Assembly (NCBI RefSeq): GCF_009914755.1
Contig: NC_060939.1
Direction: 5' to 3' (one strand)
Source of the DNA: the human T2T-CHM13v2.0 reference genome, Homo sapiens
DNA length: 64,000 nucleotides
Shown here: positions 58,501 to 64,000 of the stretch, in pieces
Numbering within the stretch: position 1 is the stretch's first letter
Layout: each line of letters begins with the position of its first letter
Position numbers and translations under genes: made by a program
The notes under the pieces: generated by a model
Told to the model about the DNA's origin: nothing
Database searches by the model: none
The model's input: only the letters and a program-made list of their open reading frames with translations

Positions 58501-61500
58501 TCCACTCGTTTCCTTTCCATTCGAGTCCATTCCTCTCCAGTCCATTCCGTTCAATCCATTCCATTCCAGTCCATTCCATTCGAGTCCGTTCCATTCCAGT
58601 CCATTCCATTCGAGTCAATTCCATTCCATTCGATGTCTTTCCATAACGATCCATTCCATTCTATTCCTTTCGATTCCATTCTATTCTATTTCATTCCATT
58701 CGATTCCCTTCCATTGGACTCCTTTCCATTCGAGTGCATTCCATTCCGTTCCATTTCTTTCCGTTCTGTACGATTCCTACCGTTCAATTTCATTTTGTTC
58801 CAGTCCATTCTTTCGCGTCCATTCCATTCCATTTCACTCCATTCGATTCCATTCCACTCGATTCCACTTCGTTCCATTTCATTGCATTCCATTCTATTCA
58901 ACTCTATTGCCTTCCATTCCATTCCATTCGATTACATTCCATGCGATTCCATTCGAAATCGAATCAATTACATTGCAATCCATTACTATTGAGTCCGTTT
59001 TATTCCAGTCCACTGCATTCTGGTCCATTCCATTTGATTCCATTCCATTCTATTCCATTCCATACAGTTGCATTCCATTGGATTCCATGCTATATCTATA
59101 AATTCAATTCGAGACCATTGCTTTTGAGTCCATTCTATATGATTCCATTCCATTCAAGTCCATTACATTTGGTTAAATTCCATTCCATTCGGTTCAATTC
59201 CATTCCATTCCATTCCCTTCCATTCCATTCCAGTTGATATCAATCCATTCGATTCCATTCCATTCGAGCACATTCCATTCGAGTCCATTCCATTCGATGC
59301 CATTCCATTTGATTCTGTTCCATTAGTCTCCATTCAATTCCATTAATCTCCATTCCATTCCATTCTACTCCAACTGATTCCATTCCATTCTATTCCTTTT
59401 TATTCCATTTCATTCCATTCCATTCCATTCCATTCCATTCCATTCGTGTCCATTCCACTCCAGTCCATTCCATTCGTATCCATTCCATTCCAGTCCATTC
59501 CATTTGTGTACACTGCATTCCATTCCACTCCATTCCATATTATTCCATTACACTCCATTCCATTCTATTACTTTCATTTCCATTCAATTCCATTCCATTT
59601 GATTCCATTCCACTCGGTTTCATTCCATTTGAGTCCACTCCATTCCATTCCATTCCATTCAGTTCCATTCCATTCTGTTCCATTCCATTCCGTTCCATTA
59701 CATTCCATTCCATTCCGTACCATTCCATATTGTTCCATTCGATTCCATTCGAATCCATTCCATTCCAGTCCATTCCATTCGATTCCATTCCATTCATTTC
59801 AATTCCATTCCATTCCATTCCATTACATTCCACTTGATTCCTCTCCATTCCCTTCCACTGCATTCCGTTCGATTCCATTCCATTGCATTGCATTCCATTC
59901 CATTGGATTGCATTCCATTCGATTCCATTCCATTCGAATCAATTACATAGCAATCCATTACATTCGAGTCTATTCTCTTCCGTTCCATTCGATTTCGTTC
60001 CAATCCATTCGATTCCATTCCATTCGATTCCATTCCATACTATTGCATTCCATTCGATTACATTATATTCGAATAAGTTCCATTCAAGACCATTTCTTTT
60101 GAGTCCATTCTATTTGAGTCCATTCCCTTTGATTCCATAACATTTGAGTCCATTCAATTCCATTCCTTTCGTTTCCATTCCATTTGATGCCATTCCATTC
60201 AATTCTGTTCTACTCGACTCCAATACATTCAATTCCATTCCATCCGATTCCATTACATTCTTTTCATTTCTTATCCATTTCAAGCCATTCCACTCCATTC
60301 CATTCCACTCGTTTCCTTTCCATTCGAGTCCATTCCTCTCCAGTCCATTCCGTTCAATCCATTCCATTCCAGTCCATTCCATTCGAGTCCGTTCCATTCC
60401 AGTCCATTCCATTCGAGTCAATTCCATTCCATTCGATGTCTTTCCATAACGATCCATTCCATTCTATTCCTTTCGATTCCATTCCATTCTATTTCATTCC
60501 ATTCGATTCCCTTCCATTGGACTCCTTTCCATTCGAGTGCATTCCATTCCGTTCCATTTCTTTCCGTTCTGTACGATTCCTACCGTTCGATTTCATTTTG
60601 TTCCAGTCCATTCCTTTCGCGTCCATTCCATTCCGTTTCACTCCATTCGATTCCATTCCACTCGATTCCACTTCGTTCCATTTCATTGCATTCCATTCTA
60701 TTCAACTCTATTGCCTTCCATTCCATTCCTTTCGATTACATTCCATGCGATTCCATTCGAAATCGAATCAATTACATTGCAATCCATTACTATTGAGTCC
60801 ATTTTATTCCAGTCCACTGCATTCTGGTCCATTCCATTTGATTCCATTCCATTCTATTCCATTCCATACAGTTGCATTCCATTGGATTCCATGCTATATC
60901 TATAAATTCAATTCGAGACCATTGCTTTTGAGTCCATTCTATATGATTCCATTCCATTCAAGTCCATTACATTTGGTTCAATTCCATTCCATTCCACTCC
61001 CTTCCATTCCATTCCATTTGATATCAATCCATTCGATTCCATTCCATTCGAGTCCATTCCATTCGATGCCATTCCATTTGATTCTATACCATTAGTCTCC
61101 ATTCAATTCCATTAATCTCCATTCCATTCCATTCTACTCCAACTGATTCCATTCCATTCTATTCCTTTCCATTCCATTTCATTCCATTCCATTCCATTTC
61201 ATTCCATTCCATTCCATTCGTGTCCATTCCACTCCAGTCCATTCCATTCGTTTCCATTCCATTCCAGTCCATTCCATTTGTGTCCACTGCATTCCATTCC
61301 ACTCCATTCCATATTATTCCATTACACTCCATTCCATTCTATTACTTTCATTTCCCTTCAATTCCATTCCATTTGATTCCATTCCACTCGGTTTCATTCC
61401 ATTTGAGTCCACTCCATTCCATTCCATTCCATTCCATTCAGTTCCATTCCATTCTGTTCCATTCCATTCCGTTCCATTACATTCCATTCCATTCGGTACC

Positions 61501-64000
61501 ATTCCATATTGTTCCATTCGATTCCATTCGAATCCATTCCATTCCAGTCCATTCCATTCAATTCCATTCCATTCATTTCAATTCCATTCCATTCCATTCC
61601 TTTACATTCCACTTGATTCCTCTCCATTCCCTTCCACTGCATTCCGTTCGATTCCATTCCATTGCATTGCATTCCATTCCATTGGATTGCATTCCATTCG
61701 ATTCCATTCCATTCGAATCAATTACATAGCAATCCATTACATTCGAGTCTATTCTATTCCGTTCCATTCGATTTCGTTCCAATCCATTCGATTCCATTCC
61801 ATTCGATTCCATTCCATACTATTACATTCCATTCGATTACATTATATTCGAATAAGTTCCACTCAAGACCATTGCTTTTGAGTCCATTCTATTTGAGTCC
61901 ATTCCCTTTGATTCCATAACATTTGAGTCCATTCAATTCCATTCCTTTCGTTTCCATTCCATTTGATGCCATTCCATTCAATTCTCTTCTACTCGACTCC
62001 AATACATTCAATTCCATTCCATCCGATTCCATTACATTCTTTTCATTTCTTATCCATTTCAAGCCATTCCACTCCATTCCATTCCACTCGTTTCCTTTCC
62101 ATTCGAGTCCATTCCTCTCCAGTCCATTCCGTTCAATCCATTCCATTCCAGTCCATTCCATTCGAGTCCGTTCCATTCCAGTCCATTCCATCCGAGTCAA
62201 TTCCATCCCATTCGATGTCTTTCCATAACGATCCATTCCATTCTATTCCTTTCGATTCCATTCCATTCTATTTCATTCCATTCCATTCCCTTCCATTGGA
62301 CTCCTTTCCATTCGAGTGCATTCCATTCCGTTCCATTTCTTTCCGTTCTGTACGATTCCTACCGTTCGATTTCATTTTGTTCCAGTCCATTCCTTTCGCG
62401 TCCATTCCATTCCATTTCACTCCATTCGATTCCATTCCACTCGATTCCACTTCGTTCCATTTCATTGCATTCCATTCTATTCAACTCTATTGCCTTCCAT
62501 TCCATTCCATTCGATTACATTCCATGCGATTCCATTCGAAATCGAATCAATTACATTGCAATCCATTACTATTGAGTCCATTTTATTCCAGTCCACTGCA
62601 TTCTGGTCCATTCCATTTGATTCCATTCCATTCTATTCCATTCCATAAAGTTGCATTCCATTGGATTCCAATCTATATCTATAAATTCAATTCGAGACCA
62701 TTGCTTTTGAGTCCATTCTATATGATTCCATTCCATTCAAGTCCATTACATTTGGTTCAATTCCATTCCATTCCATTCCCTTCCATTCCATTCCAGTTGA
62801 TATCAATCCATTCGATTCCATTCCATTCGAGCACATTCCATTCGAGTCCATTCCATTCGATGCCATTCCATTTGATTCTATTCCATTAGTCTCCATTCAA
62901 TTCCATTAATCTCCATTCCATTCCATTCTACTCCAACTGATTCCATTCCAGTCTATTCCTTTTTATTCCATTTCATTCCATTCCATTCCATTCCATTCCA
63001 TTCCATTCGTGTCCATTCCACTCCAGTCCATTCCATTCGTATCCATTCCATTCCAGTCCATTCCATTTGTGTCCACTGCATTCCATTCCACTCCATTCCA
63101 TATTATTCCATTACACTCCATTCCATTCTATTACTTTCATTTCCATTCAATTCCATTCCATTTGATTCCATTCCACTCGGTTTCATTCCATTTGAGTCCA
63201 CTCCATTCCATTCCATTCCATTCAGTTCCATTCCATTCTGTTCCATTCCATTCCGTTCCATTACATTCCATTCCATTCGGTACCATTCCATATTGTTCCA
63301 TTCGATTCCATTCGAATCCATTCCATTCCAGTCCATTCCATTCGATTCCATTCCATTCATTTCAATTCCATTCCATTCCATTCCATTACATTCCACTTGA
63401 TTCCTCTCCATTCCCTTCCACTGCATTCCGTTCGATTCCATTCCATTGCATTGCATTCCATTCCATTGGATTGCATTCCATTCGATTCCATTCCATTCGA
63501 ATCAATTACATAGCAATCCATTACATTCGAGTCTATTCTCTTCCGTTCCATTCGATTTCGTTCCAATCCATTCGATTCCATTCCTTTCGATTCCATTCCA
63601 TACTATTGCATTCCATTCGATTACATTATATTCGAATAAGTTCCATTCAAGACCATTTCTTTTGAGTCCATTCTATTTGAGTCCATTCCCTTTGATTCCA
63701 TAACATTTGAGTCCATTCAATTCCATTCCTTTCGTTTCCATTCCATTTGATGCCATTCCATTCAATTCTGTTCTACTCGACTCCAACACATTCAATTCCA
63801 TTCCATCCGATTCCCATACATTCTTTTCATTTCTTATCCATTTCAAGCCATTCCACTCCATTCCATTCCACTCGTTTCCTTTCCATTCGAGTCCATTCCT
63901 CTCCAGTCCATTCCGTTCAATCCATTCCATTCCAGTCCATTCCATTCGAGTCCGTTCCATTCCAGTCCATTCCATTCGAGTCAATTCCATTCCATTCGAT

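Larger units (their letters stand above)
99..63672 (+). repeat. ~1.8 kb tandem unit, 35 complete copies
   Basis: An equivalent anchor (low coordinate of the recurring minus-strand 'MDRYGK' pseudo-ORF) occurs at 99, 1912, 3725, 5528, 7341, 9154, 10957, 12770, 14578, 16381, 18209, 20023, 21810, 23603, 25407, 27225, 29028, 30832, 32636, 34424, 36232, 38035, 39839, 41627, 43435, 45238, 47037, 48845, 50892, 52939, 54691, 56504, 58307, 60110, 61889 and 63673. Spacings are 1752-2047 bp, mostly 1803-1813. Confidence 0.97.
1..64000 (+). repeat. Human Satellite III (HSat3)-type array of diverged (CATTC)n pentamers, C-rich strand on +
   Basis: The whole window is CATTC/ATTCC pentamers with recurrent variants (CATTCGATTC, GAGTC, CAGTC, ATTGC). 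CATTCCATTC dominates, as expected for HSat3 rather than HSat2. I saw no unique sequence and no strand switch. Confidence 0.97.

Noticed and set aside
99-63990. Hundreds of ORFs of 61-308 aa (IPFHS- or MEWNG-rich)
   Set aside because: These are the obligatory translations of (CATTC)n/(GAATG)n, which has no stop codon in any frame. They recur every unit in overlapping frames on both strands, are freely frameshifted, and show no domain-like content.
1-64000. CRISPR array or prokaryotic repeat-based system
   Set aside because: No unique spacers between constant repeats and no cas-like or other genes. The sequence is continuous satellite.
1-64000. HSat2 (chr1 ~1.8 kb unit) or DYZ1 (~3.6 kb Y HSat3) identity
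   Set aside because: CATTCCATTC dominates and the typical HSat2 ATGATG-containing 23/26-bp pattern is missing. The basic period is 1.8 kb with near-identical neighbours, not 3.6 kb.
1-64000. Embedded Alu/L1 insertion, inversion or CENP-B box
   Set aside because: I saw no poly(A) tail, non-satellite tract, switch to GGAAT on the + strand, or alpha-satellite sequence on reading through.

Overview
The whole 64 kb window is one uninterrupted, single-orientation satellite array made of diverged (CATTC)n/(GAATG)n pentamers. This is human Satellite III (HSat3)-type pericentromeric heterochromatin. It is organised into a ~1.8 kb unit: 35 complete copies between positions 99 and 63672 plus partial copies at both ends, with lengths of 1752-2047 bp (mostly 1803-1813). 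Nearly every unit has one KpnI site (GGTACC), which fits the classical 1.8-kb KpnI satellite D15Z1 of chromosome 15p; that locus assignment is an inference. I see no credible protein-coding gene, RNA gene, transposon or CRISPR array. All listed ORFs are translation artefacts of the pentamer. I found no evidence of a new gene-based system. What is interesting is the nested architecture: (1) the 1.8 kb unit is itself an old diverged dimer of ~0.9 kb halves; (2) there are recent multi-unit duplications with 5429 bp (3-unit) and 7203 bp (4-unit) periods; (3) an out-of-register event created a 2047 bp unit; (4) there are recurrent indel hotspots, CpG decay and a divergent mosaic segment. Each unit also carries a minus-strand AATAAA and a plus-strand TATAAAT of unknown function.
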